A stretch of DNA of 64,000 bases, from contig OY969767.1 in assembly GCA_963702895.1 (NCBI GenBank), positions 608,001 to 672,000 of the forward strand. The letters run 5' to 3'. Positions 20,058 to 29,806 of the stretch are shown here, in pieces (positions within the stretch are counted from its first letter, which is position 1; each line of letters opens with the position of its first letter). The notes under the pieces were generated by a model, which was not told where the DNA came from, searched no databases, and saw only the letters and a program-made list of their open reading frames with translations. This DNA comes from an uncultured Elusimicrobia bacterium. GTDB taxonomy: Bacteria > Elusimicrobiota > Elusimicrobia > 2-01-FULL-59-12. Position numbers and translations under genes: made by a program.

Positions 20058-21296
20058 TGGAATTGACCCGGTTTGATGGACACACGAAAGGGTAACTAAA
20101 ATGACCCTGGAGGTGTGTGATGAAGCAGAACGAACGGAAGAAGTGGAGCCGGGAATTCAAGCTGGAGGCGGTACGTCAGACGCAGGTGACGGGCAGGTGT
20201 GTGGCCGAGGTAGCGCGGGCGCTCGAAATTCCCGTCCATCAGCTGTATCGATGGCGGACGGAAGTGGATCATAAGGAAAAGGAAGCGTTTCCTGGATCTG
20301 GCCATGAGACGCCGAACACCGAGCTGGAAACGCTGCGTCGAGAGAATAAACGTCTGCGCGAAGAGCGCGAGATTCTAAAAAAAAGCCTAATCTTCTTTGC
20401 CAAGGACGCATCGCTCGGTACCGATTCATCGGGGAACACCGGCACGAGTTCCAAGTGAGCGTGATGTGCGACGTGCTGGAGGTGTCGCGGTCTGGCTATT
20501 ACGCCTGGCGCAGCCGGCCGATCAGCGCGCGCCAGCGTGCCGATGAGGCGCTCGTGAGTACTATTCGAGACGTTTTCCGGAAGAATCGAAAGGTTTACGG
20601 AAGTCCGCGGATTCATGATGCGCTGAAAGACCAGGGAATGCGGCTGGGTCGCAAGCGCGTGGCGCGCCTCATGCGGCAGAACGGGATTGTGGCTGAGCCC
20701 TATCGCCGGATGAAGTGGCGATGGTCGTTTAAGACCGCCCAAGCTGCCGGCAACTTGGTCCAGCGGCAGTTTGCAGTGAGTCAGCCGAACCGGATATGGG
20801 CCGCGGATATGACCTCGTTCTGGACAGGATCAGGCTGGGTGCATTTGGCGATTGTGATGGATCTTTGTTCGCGGCGTATCGTCGGGTGGTCGATGCACGG
20901 TCAGATGACGGAACGCTTGGTGGTGGATGCCCTTGAGATGGCGGTGCTGAGTCGCCAACCGACGGGACCGTTGGTGCACCATTCGGACCAGGGAAGCCAG
21001 TATCAAAGCCGTCTGTTTCAGGGAAAGCTTAAGGAACATGGAATTCAGCTGAGCATGAGTCGGCGCGGCAATTGCTGGGACAACGCGGTCGTGGAGAGCT
21101 TTTTCAGAACGACAAAGCAGGAATTACAGAACGACGCCCGATTCAAATCACGAGAAGAAGCTCGAACACAGCTATTTGACTATATCGAAGTGTTCTACAA
21201 TCGGCAACGGAAGCATTCAACGCTCGGGTATCTATCGCCCGCGCAGTTTGAATCAAATTTACCTATTCCTGTGTCCACAAAAGCGGGGTAATTCCA
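20058..21296 (+). mobile_element. IS3-family insertion sequence, 1239 bp, 3-bp target duplication GTG
   Basis: IRL TGGAATTGACCCGGTTTGATGGACAC, IRR(rc) TGGAATTACCCCGCTTTTGTGGACAC; empty site visible at 25881. Confidence 0.97.
20120..21291 (+). CDS. IS3 transposase OrfA/OrfB joined by -1 programmed frameshift at A8G (20377-20385)
   Basis: OrfA HTH (REFKLEAV); OrfB VSRSGYY, WAADMT, HHSDQGSQY, DNAVVESFF. Confidence 0.95.
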
Positions 21297-21357
21297 GTGT
21301 TCGTATTTCACATTTGAATCGAGCGGTTCATTCGCCAGCGGCAATGCCTTGAGTATA

Positions 21358-21469
21358 CGGCGCCTGGCACAGACCCCCAATCGATTGCGTTGTTTCCCGG
21401 TATGACCATTCCCTTTGGGCCCAGCCTGGCACGACAAACGCGCTCTATTCTCGCTCGGTGACAGGCGCT
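21358..21469 (+). repeat. ~112-bp cassette-head repeat, copy b
   Basis: Homologous to 19478-19589. Confidence 0.9.
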
Positions 21470-21511
21470 ATTATTCGGAACCTTTCCAAGGAAGATATAA
21501 TCGTTGTCTAA

Positions 21512-21967
21512 ATGCTTAAAGAAGTCCTCGCCATCGCATCGTGGCTATCCGCGCCGGTCCTATTCATCCGGGTCTGCTATTTCATTGTTTGGCAAACAAC
21601 CTCGGGTGTGCCTTCGCGGCGGGAAAGTCTTCTTTCGATGGGATTTGTGATGAGCGCATTTATTCTTGGTGCCTTGATGAGTCCGTTCTTTTCTATCAAA
21701 CCAGATGAGGAAGCTGCGAAACGGCGGTCAACCAACATGCGGCTATGGTTAGCCGGCATGGTCTATGGTTTTGTTTATTCCCTGATATGGAGCACTCTTC
21801 TGATCAAGAACACCAGTGACTCCGACTGGGGCCAAGGCGCCGGGATGGTCTGGATAATGTTTCTTGGTCCGTCCTATGCGGCCGGTTTCACTCTGTTCTA
21901 TGGGGTTTGGCCTTTTATTTCGTGGCAATGGAAACGATTCTGGCGGTCTGAGAAGGGCGGTCGTTAA
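21512..21967 (+). CDS. Hypothetical 4-TM membrane protein
   Basis: Hydrophobic ORF with upstream TATAAT. Confidence 0.65.
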   Translation: MLKEVLAIASWLSAPVLFIRVCYFIVWQTTSGVPSRRESLLSMGFVMSAFILGALMSPFFSIKPDEEAAKRRSTNMRLWLAGMVYGFVYSLIWSTLLIKNTSDSDWGQGAGMVWIMFLGPSYAAGFTLFYGVWPFISWQWKRFWRSEKGGR

Positions 21968-22084
21968 TCCTGACTAGTCACGAACGTTCCCAGCTGCGGC
22001 ACGGCGTTCGACCTCGCGCTTACCGGCTGGACGCTCCGCCCGCTGCTGCAGATACGGCTTTAAACGGCGCTACGGTGAGGGTCG

Positions 22085-22330
22085 CCGCTTCTGGAAAAAG
22101 TAACGGTGTAACGGGGTAAATGCTGTGACGCCGATACTCCGGCACGCCGGCACGCCGACCCGCCGGTTCGCCGCGTCCCCGCGTCTCCGCGTCTGCCGTT
22201 TCGCCGACCCGCCGACCCGCCGGTTCGCCGCCTCGCCCCGTCTCCGCGTCCCCGCGTCTCCGCGCCTGCCCGCCGCGCCGTAGTGGCGGGTCCCCGCGCC
22301 TGCCCGCCATGCCGTAGTGGCGGGTCACCC
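22085..22330. repeat. Degenerate 8-bp repeat block with two nested 26-bp CCTGCCCGCC..GGCGGG palindromes
   Basis: Direct reading; nested units at 22265-22290 and 22299-22324. Confidence 0.85.
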
Positions 22331-22570
22331 CTCCCACCCCCACCCCCTCCCTCCCCTGCCAACCGACTATAAATAGATGTAAAATCAGCGAGATTGCGAC
22401 GGCGATAAAGAGTAGCCTGGTAGACTACAGCGCACCTCCGCTTTTATCGAACGCCATACGGTCAAGCCGGAGCACTACTTGCGCTGAGTGAACCCCGCGG
22501 AGGCACAAATCTGAAATTTGGCGAATTGAGCCCACAATTCAGAGCGTAAGATTTATCCAAGGAATTGAAT

Positions 22571-22753
22571 ATGCCACGACCCAGAAAAGGCAAAGAAATG
22601 AAGAATGGCAATGGCGCCACGTTAGGCTTTGAGGAGATGCTTTGGCGGGCGGCCGCCAAGATGCGGGGGCTGACCCACCGGCTCGAAAGCCAGTTTTCAG
22701 AAGGGCGAAAGCTGGAAGAGCAGATCAGAAAGAATCTGGCGGGGATACACTAA
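22571..22753 (+). pseudogene. Internally collapsed type I HsdM remnant (N-terminus fused in frame to C-terminus)
   Basis: NGATLGFEEMLWRAAAKMRG resembles HsdM N-terminus; LTHRLESQFSEGRKLEEQIRKNLAGI resembles HsdM C-terminus. Confidence 0.75.
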
Positions 22754-22755
22754 AC

Positions 22756-23406
22756 GTGTGGTATCTCTTTCTGGATGAAAGCGGCGATTTGGGCTTCGAT
22801 TTTGTCAATAAGAGGCCATCCCGATATTTCACGATCTGCGTTCTGGCAACGGCCGACCCGGGGTGTTATCACGCGCTTCGCAAAGCGATCAAGAAAACCC
22901 TGCGGCGCAAGGTAAACTTGGGCGGCCGCGCGACACATTTAAAGAACGAAATATAGGGAACCGGTACAACGATCGGCGCCAAACGGCATTTCTACCAACA
23001 GGTTGAAGGCTTACGCTTTGGCATTTACGCACTGACGCTCAATAAGCGGCGGGTTTACGAATACCTGACTCAACGGAAGGACCAGGTTTACAACTTCGTT
23101 GCGCGAAAAGTTCTGGATCAAATTCCTTTTGAAAAAGCCAATACGGAAGTGTACTTGGCTGTCGACCGCAGCAAAGGGAAGGCGGAAATTCGCGATTTCA
23201 ACACGTATATTTTCCGTCAATTACAAGGACGCCTCGATCCCAAGGTCGTCTTGCGCATTGACCATTTAACGGGACCAGAAGAACCGGCGCTGCAAGCAGC
23301 AGACTTATTCTCCTGGGGAATCTTTCGAAAATACGAGAAAGACGATTCAGCGTGGTTCGATAATTTTCGTGACAGGGTGAGGTTTGATGAGATCTACCTG
23401 GGATAA
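22756..23406 (+). pseudogene. DUF3800-family protein with one in-frame TAG at 22954-22956
   Basis: YLFLDESGDLG, NEI*G (expected E-x-K-G), LQAADLFSW; both halves in same frame. Confidence 0.85.
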
Positions 23407-23503
23407 AAAAAGAAGGAGCGCGCCTCTTAGGCTCGTGATCCCGCGATTATGGCCCTCGATTGAGGGGAACATCGCAGGCACCTAAGTTGGACTTACCGCT
23501 CCG
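23405..23503 (-). ncRNA. Candidate DUF3800-associated structured RNA transcribed convergently
   Basis: Nested stems, own sigma70-like promoter, U-tract after closing stem. Confidence 0.6.
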
Positions 23504-23508
23504 ACATC

Positions 23509-23537
23509 AGTATAACACACACGCGCGACGACAACAA
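23509..23537 (-). promoter_or_regulatory. Sigma70-like promoter TTGTTG-N17-TATACT with extended -10 TG
   Basis: Read on minus strand; points into the 23415-23502 hairpin. Confidence 0.6.
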
Positions 23538-23650
23538 CAGGAAGTCGATTGCGGTAATGGCTAATTCGAATTCATATCTATATTTTGAGGTAATTCGCTG
23601 CGTTGCAGTGGCTGCCCCAAAGTCTTTGGAGTGTCCGGCATGAGCGATTC

Positions 23651-25261
23651 ATGGAAACCTTAAACGAAAAGCCATCTTTCGCGCAGATGAAGCGGGTGGG
23701 GTCGGCGGCCTTGGCCGACTACCAGAAGCTGGTGAGCGGACTGGACCAATTCGGCCGCAGGCCGGGTGAACGTTGGCATGCGCTGGCGGATGATTTCATC
23801 GGCCGTGTGCTGGAGTTGGAATCACTCCTTAAGGGGTTCAAGGGCAAGGCCTATCTGCTGGCGCGGGAAAAGCGAGAACTAACCCCCAAACTCGCCCAAG
23901 CGCTGTCTTCTCTCGAAGCGCAATGGCCGCGTCTGATCGCGGAACTGATCGCTGCCTGTCCGGTGGACGAAATCCCTCTGCCCGCCGACCCGCTGACCCG
24001 GACGGCCTTCGAAAAATACGACGCTCTGGCCGCCGAGATCGCGCTGCCCTGGTTTGAGCGGCGTGCCGTGCAGCGCCTCTTCCGCCGCGCCGACCAGCCC
24101 ACGGCGGTTCCTCTGCTCCTGCTGGGCCTGCCTGGCCGAGCGGATGCGATAAAAATATTCGAGCTGGTTCCGTTTCTTCAGATTCTGTTGGCTCAAACCC
24201 CTCTTCAGCAGGAGGGCGGCAAGACGTTGAAAGAGAGCCAGGCCGAGTGGCGGCGACAGGCCCTTTCCCGGGGCCGGGAACCCGCGGCAGGCCTACGGGT
24301 CTTCGACTCTTTTGTGGAGCGGGTCGGGTCCGCTGATCCAGAGCAGCGCAAAGCCGCCCGGAAGGAGCTGGCGAAGCTGCGCGATCAAAGCGTGGATGAG
24401 CGTTGGGGACGGCTGCCGGAGAATAACTGGCGCGCCAGCCGCGATCTCTTGGCCTATTGGGACGGTGTGCGGCTGGCGCTGAAGCATCCCGATCCGGTCT
24501 ACCGCCGGGCGGCTTTGTGCGCGCTGCCGGGGCTCCAGTTCAGTTTTGTCTTTGAGGATTTTCCGGAAGAGTGCATCGCTTTTATACTGGAAGGATTACA
24601 GGACACCGACGGCATGGTGCGCCACAAAGTCGCGATGTTCGGGAAGGATTTCTTCAACATCACCCGCCTCAGCCGCCCCGCCGTCGCGGACACGCTGGAG
24701 CGCCAGGTCCGCGATCTCTACCCCGCCGTCCGCAAAACGAACCCGGCCGCCCGCTCCAAAATCCGCGGCCTCATCAAGGAAATCGAATGGTTCCGGAACT
24801 ACGATCGTGAAGCCGGTTTTTCCCGGGCCAAGATCCGTCTTGGCGATATCGTGGAGGGTATTGAGATCGGTTCCCCGGAGATGACGGTCTATCTCGATTT
24901 GCGGACCGGAGAGATTTTGCCGGTCTCCGAGTGGTCCGATACGGAGGAGTCCCTGGAGGAGGTCGGGCCTGAGGAGTCTCTGCGGCGATTGCCCTATCCG
25001 AGCTCTTCGGAAGGGTATGAATGGATGGCGGCCTTTGCCCAGACCGTGACGGATCCGGTACTCTCCGGGAAGATCGTAGCCGCGCTGAACGGCCGAGGCG
25101 CGTTCGGCCGTTTCAGGGATGTACTCGCTGAGTATCCCGCCGAACGCGAGCGCTGGTTCGCCTTCAAATTGGAAAAGCTGCGCGAGCTCGCCCGCCAATG
25201 GGCAGAAGACGAAGGCATCCTTTTGACGGACGATCAACCAGAGCCTGTCGGCTATGTGTAA
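23651..25261 (+). CDS. Helical/HEAT-like protein with C-terminal UPF0158-like domain
   Basis: YLDLRTGEI, SSEGYEWMAAF, ALNGRGAFGRFRDVL, RERWFAF. Confidence 0.75.
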   Translation: METLNEKPSFAQMKRVGSAALADYQKLVSGLDQFGRRPGERWHALADDFIGRVLELESLLKGFKGKAYLLAREKRELTPKLAQALSSLEAQWPRLIAELIAACPVDEIPLPADPLTRTAFEKYDALAAEIALPWFERRAVQRLFRRADQPTAVPLLLLGLPGRADAIKIFELVPFLQILLAQTPLQQEGGKTLKESQAEWRRQALSRGREPAAGLRVFDSFVERVGSADPEQRKAARKELAKLRDQSVDERWGRLPENNWRASRDLLAYWDGVRLALKHPDPVYRRAALCALPGLQFSFVFEDFPEECIAFILEGLQDTDGMVRHKVAMFGKDFFNITRLSRPAVADTLERQVRDLYPAVRKTNPAARSKIRGLIKEIEWFRNYDREAGFSRAKIRLGDIVEGIEIGSPEMTVYLDLRTGEILPVSEWSDTEESLEEVGPEESLRRLPYPSSSEGYEWMAAFAQTVTDPVLSGKIVAALNGRGAFGRFRDVLAEYPAERERWFAFKLEKLRELARQWAEDEGILLTDDQPEPVGYV

Positions 25262-25304
25262 GCGTCCCGGGGGCACTTGTTCAACTGAAAACAAGATCTC
25301 GGGA

Positions 25305-25415
25305 ACGCCCGGCACATCCCTCCAATCGATTGCGTTGTTCCCCGGCATGGTCCTTTCCCTTTGGGCCCAGCCTGGCACGACAGACGCGCTATCTTCTCGC
25401 CCGGCGACAGGCACT
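25305..25415 (+). repeat. ~112-bp cassette-head repeat, copy c
   Basis: Homologous to copies a, b, d. Confidence 0.88.
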
Positions 25416-25469
25416 GTATGTCCACTTCCGGTTCACTTTTCGGCGTATAATTATCATCGCGTCTTGAAA

Positions 25470-25856
25470 ATGATGACCCCTCTGCAAATCGTTGAATGCG
25501 CCGGACTTGCTATCCTGGGCGTCTTCGGGCATGAACTCCTTCTACGACGAAAAGCAAAAGAAGAACAAGGTCTAACCCCTGTCTTTGATTATCGGCTTGA
25601 GCCTGGGAGGTTGAATGGTCGCGTTACTTTTTACGAATCACTTGTTGTTCGTTCCAACTTTCTGCAGCAGGTGTTTTCCTACGAGAAGATTAAATCGGTG
25701 AAGTGTCGTGGTACATTCATTCATGAGATCGTGATTCAATATGTTGATGGTCAACATGGACTCATCTCTTCCATGTCGATTATCGAAAACAATTCCAAAC
25801 AGCGTGAGCAGCTGCTCGTTTTCCTCAGGCAAAAATGCCCTGCCGTGTCAGTTTAA
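25470..25856 (+). CDS. Hypothetical protein (copy 2 of 19644-20030)
   Basis: Identical protein except one residue near the C-terminus. Confidence 0.7.
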   Translation: MMTPLQIVECAGLAILGVFGHELLLRRKAKEEQGLTPVFDYRLEPGRLNGRVTFYESLVVRSNFLQQVFSYEKIKSVKCRGTFIHEIVIQYVDGQHGLISSMSIIENNSKQREQLLVFLRQKCPAVSV

Positions 25857-25941
25857 CCCGAAAAGACCCGAAAAGGGTCAGTGTTCGTATTTCACATTTG
25901 AATCGAGCGGTTCTTTCGCCAGCGGCAATGCCTTGAGTATA

Positions 25942-26053
25942 CGGCGCCTGGCACAGACCCCCAATCGATTGCGTTGTTTCCCGGTATGACCATTCCCTTT
26001 GGGCCCAGCCTGGCACGTTAAACGTGCTCGATTCTCGCTCGGCGGCAGGCACT
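25942..26053 (+). repeat. ~112-bp cassette-head repeat, copy d
   Basis: Homologous to copies a-c. Confidence 0.9.
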
Positions 26054-26523
26054 GGATGTCCTAAGTTAGCCCACCTTCGCTGGACCGCGTTGTAGCGCCG
26101 ATCAGAGATCCGATCACCTGGAATTCAAAGCCGAGCTGGCGTGGTCGGGAAATTAAATTAGCATTTGCGTCAACTAAAGATTGGCTGCACTCTTGATCTT
26201 GCTTGTCTACTCCCAATACATCGCGCGTGAATAGCTCTGTATTCCCAGCGCCGACTAACAATCCTGCGGGACGGTCCTCCGTCCTGCGGGACGGTCCTCG
26301 GTTACTCGGTATCTCTTCGAATGGATTCACAGGTTCGCCTTAAATCAAAGACGTTCATCTCCGGCAAGCAGGTGGCAGGCACTCTGAAAGCAACCGACAT
26401 TCTTTGGCCAGGAAGCGGCCGCGCTGGTGTGCTTCGTTGATGGAGCCGAATCCCATGCGCGACTATACGGCCAGCACCTGGCCGGGGACCACCAAGAGCT
26501 CGGTGTCGGAATACACCCACAAA

Positions 26524-26730
26524 GCACGGGCTTACGCCACTGGTCGGCGCCGGTTATGATCAACCGAGTTACCGAGGACCGTCCCGTATTTCGCACGGGC
26601 TTACGCCACTGGTCGGCGCCGGTTATGATCAACCGAGTTACCGAGGACCGTCCCGTATTTCGCACGGGCTTACGCCACTGGTCGGCGCCGGTTATGATCA
26701 ACCGAGTTACCGAGGACCGTCCCGTATTTC
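26524..26730. repeat. Perfect 69-bp tandem repeat x3
   Basis: Units start 26524, 26593, 26662; no spacers. Confidence 0.97.
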
Positions 26731-26803
26731 GCGTATTCCACCCTGGCAGTGGCGACACCCCAAGTGAATAGGCTGCAGCCGAACGTGTAGTACCATATTA
26801 GCG

Positions 26804-27202
26804 ATGCGCACGATTCTGAACCTCCTCTGGTTTGTCCTCGGCGGTTTCCAAATGGGCCTCGGCTGGTGGGTCGCCGGCATCCTGATGGCCGTCTCGATCA
26901 TCGGGATTCCGTGGGCGCGCGCCTGCTTCATGTTCGGCAAATTCTGTTTCTGGCCGTTCGGTCGGGAAGCGATCGATCGCGAAGAGCTCACGGGTCGGCC
27001 CGACGTAGGCACCGGCGCGCTCGGCTTCCTCGGTAACGTGATTTGGTTCGTCTTCTGCGGATTCTGGCTCTGCATCGGCCACCTCTCGGCCGCGCTCGCG
27101 CACTTCATGACCATCATCGGCATCCCGTTCGCACTCCAGCACTATAAGCTCGCCATGTGCGCGCTCGCTCCGATCGGCAAGACCATCGTCGAAAAGGAAT
27201 AA
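26804..27202 (+). CDS. yccF: YccF-domain inner membrane protein
   Basis: LNLLWFVLGG, IIGIPW, FWPFGR, GNVIWF, IIGIPF. Confidence 0.9.
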   Translation: MRTILNLLWFVLGGFQMGLGWWVAGILMAVSIIGIPWARACFMFGKFCFWPFGREAIDREELTGRPDVGTGALGFLGNVIWFVFCGFWLCIGHLSAALAHFMTIIGIPFALQHYKLAMCALAPIGKTIVEKE

Positions 27203-27453
27203 CCGGCCGCGGAGCGTTTGAGGCCGGTCAGCTTTTCGACATCCTCGCGAGCCCTGAAAGTCCCCCCCCCGCTCTCAACAACCAGGACCCGCTTCAAGCC
27301 GCCTCGATCAGAAATCCGAACTCTCGTCTATAGAGGAGTGCTGAGTAACCGTTTGGCACTTTCAGTCCCAACGCGGTCAAATACGTCCTCCGGGCGGCCA
27401 TAAGCGGGGAAACAATGTTAGTCTTGGAATGGCGCCTCTGTTAAAATCGTATA

Positions 27454-28125
27454 GTGAATTCTATTCGGTTTCTCCCAACCAAGTTCCTTTTTAGTCCACG
27501 CAAAGTGCTTGAACGGTTTGATGACCTTCGCAGAAAGCATGGCGATAACGCTGTTTTTTCTCAAGCACTGTTCAAGCCCGCTAGAGAAGCGCGTGCCGCA
27601 GCCATTTTTGCCATAGGTATTGGTAAAGATTCTCAGAGGGAGTTTTGGATTGGAAGCCCGGAAAAAGACCCACCGGACGCATGGATGGTTGAATTAATTA
27701 AAAGAACCAAAGGAATTAGCCGGTCGAATTTCCCAATCGAAGTCATGGAATGGGAGTCTAGTTCACCGTTTAATGACATTACTGAAGCCATAGATAACAA
27801 ACTCAAAAGGAAGAATTACCTCAAAAATACTATTCTCGTTGTTGACGTTGAGAAGCCTAATAGCCCCATTCAATCGATGAATGTCGTGAATCATTTCAAG
27901 AGCAACCGGCCTAACATCGCCGAAATATGGCTTCTTTGTGCGAATGCGAGTGGGTTATGGCCGAGCGATATGAATGTCAGAGTGTTTCCACAACAAAAGG
28001 CAATTCACTTTGACGTGCATCTAGAGTTTCGGCGATTAGCCGCTCAGCGTGGAGTTATCGACCTCCGCCGCGGAACAAAAAAGGGGGTAGATTTGCCACG
28101 AATGGAGGAGATTGAGTTGCCCTAA
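27454..28125 (+). CDS. Hypothetical protein, possible PD-(D/E)XK-like fold
   Basis: Low-GC ORF with DPPDAW...PIEV pattern; fold is inference. Confidence 0.6.
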   Translation: MNSIRFLPTKFLFSPRKVLERFDDLRRKHGDNAVFSQALFKPAREARAAAIFAIGIGKDSQREFWIGSPEKDPPDAWMVELIKRTKGISRSNFPIEVMEWESSSPFNDITEAIDNKLKRKNYLKNTILVVDVEKPNSPIQSMNVVNHFKSNRPNIAEIWLLCANASGLWPSDMNVRVFPQQKAIHFDVHLEFRRLAAQRGVIDLRRGTKKGVDLPRMEEIELP

Positions 28126-28351
28126 CTTAGTTATTCCCGACCTGGCCAAAATTGCAGCCCCCTAACTGTCCAGTCTACTGAAACCGCCATTGTTCCCGCC
28201 GACCCGATCAGAATTCCGAACAACCAACCACAGCCAACTCCAACGAACTCCTAGAAATTCGTCGAAAAAACAGCGAAAATAGTCGTCGGCGACAGAAGAG
28301 CCTGGTAGCCTACACGGCTACTTCGCCCGCTATGGAGGAGTCATCTGACTT

Positions 28352-29806
28352 ATGTTTGAGCAAGCCTTCAAAAATATTGATGCAATCCTCCGGAAAGAGT
28401 CGGGTTGCACTACCGAGCTGGACTATACCGAGCAGACGTCCTGGCTCCTATTCTTGAAATACCTCGACGCCTTGGAGCAGGACAAAGCGGACGAAGCAAA
28501 GCTTGAGGGAAAGAAGTACTCCTTCATTCTGGACACACCTTACCGTTGGGAAAGCTGGGCCGCTCCCAAAGGCAAAGACGGCAAACTCGACCACAACGCC
28601 GCCATGACGGGCGACGATCTGCGGGACTTCGTCAACGGGAAGCTCTTTCCTTACCTTCACAAATTCAAGCAGAAGGCCAGCGGCCCGAACACGATTGAAT
28701 ACAAGATCGGCGAAATCTTTGGCGAGATCAAGAACAAGATCGCCAGCGGCTACAATCTGCGTGAAGTCATCGAGCATATCGACGAGCTGCGCTTCCGTTC
28801 CCAGAACGAAAAGCATGAGCTTTCCCACCTCTACGAAGCCAAGATTAAGAACATGGGCAATGCTGGACGCAATGGCGGTGAGTACTACACCCCGCGCCCA
28901 CTCATTCGTGCCATTATTCAGGTGGTGCAGCCGAAGATCGGAGATCGAATCTATGACGGTGCGGTCGGTTCAGCAGGCTTCTTGTGCGAGGCGTTTGAAT
29001 ACCTGAAGGCGAAGAAGAATCTCACCACGAAGGACCTCGAAATCCTCCAGACAAAGACTTTCTACGGAAAGGAAAAAAAGTCCCTCGCCTACGTGATTGC
29101 GATCATGAACATGATCCTTCACGGGATCGAAGCCCCCAATATCATTCATACCAATACCCTGACGGAGAACCTCGCCGACATCCAGCAAAAGGACCGCTTC
29201 GATGTGGTCCTCGCCAATCCGCCCTTCGGCGGCCAGGAACGCGCGGAAGTGCAGCAGAACTTTCCCATCCGTACGGGGGAAACGGCGTTCCTCTTTCTTC
29301 AGCACTTCATCAAAATGCTGAAAGCGGGAGGGAACGGCGGCGTGGTCATCAAAAACACCTTTCTCTCCAACACGGATAACGCATCAGTGAGCCTGCGCAA
29401 GCTCCTATTGGAAAGCTGCAACCTGCACACCGTCCTCGACTGCCCTGCCGGCACATTCCAAGGCGCAGGCGTAAAAACGGTGGTGCTTTTCTTTGACAAA
29501 GGTGCGCCCACCAAAAAGACTTGGTTTTATCAGCTAGACCCTGGACGCAACCTCGGCAAGACAAACCCCCTAAATGATGACGACCTTGCGGAGTTCACCA
29601 AACTGCAGAACACCTTTGCCGACTCACCCAAAAGCTGGAGCATCGATGCCAAGACTATAGATCAGGCGACCTTCGATCTTTCAGTAAAGAATCCTGGAGG
29701 TGGCGAAGAAGTGAAGCACCAGAGTCCACAGGAAATCATCGAAGAAATTGTTGCGCTGGATGCCGAAAGCGCGAAAGTGCTGAGAAATATCAAATCACTG
29801 CTATGA
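28352..29806 (+). CDS. hsdM: Type I RM methyltransferase subunit M
   Basis: GEYYTPR, YDGAVGSAGFL, VLANPPFGG. Confidence 0.95.
   Translation: MFEQAFKNIDAILRKESGCTTELDYTEQTSWLLFLKYLDALEQDKADEAKLEGKKYSFILDTPYRWESWAAPKGKDGKLDHNAAMTGDDLRDFVNGKLFPYLHKFKQKASGPNTIEYKIGEIFGEIKNKIASGYNLREVIEHIDELRFRSQNEKHELSHLYEAKIKNMGNAGRNGGEYYTPRPLIRAIIQVVQPKIGDRIYDGAVGSAGFLCEAFEYLKAKKNLTTKDLEILQTKTFYGKEKKSLAYVIAIMNMILHGIEAPNIIHTNTLTENLADIQQKDRFDVVLANPPFGGQERAEVQQNFPIRTGETAFLFLQHFIKMLKAGGNGGVVIKNTFLSNTDNASVSLRKLLLESCNLHTVLDCPAGTFQGAGVKTVVLFFDKGAPTKKTWFYQLDPGRNLGKTNPLNDDDLAEFTKLQNTFADSPKSWSIDAKTIDQATFDLSVKNPGGGEEVKHQSPQEIIEEIVALDAESAKVLRNIKSLL

Noticed and set aside
22954..22956. Stop-codon recoding or pyrrolysine in DUF3800
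   Set aside because: TAG ends core genes here (rpsM, rpsK, groES); a single AAG>TAG mutation is simpler
25851..26023. Integron attC site (GTTTAAC ... GTTAAAC)
   Set aside because: The GTTAAAC partner is absent from the homologous copy near 21433, no L boxes are evident and there is no integrase
26524..26730. CRISPR array
   Set aside because: Three identical 69-bp units with no variable spacers and no cas genes in the window
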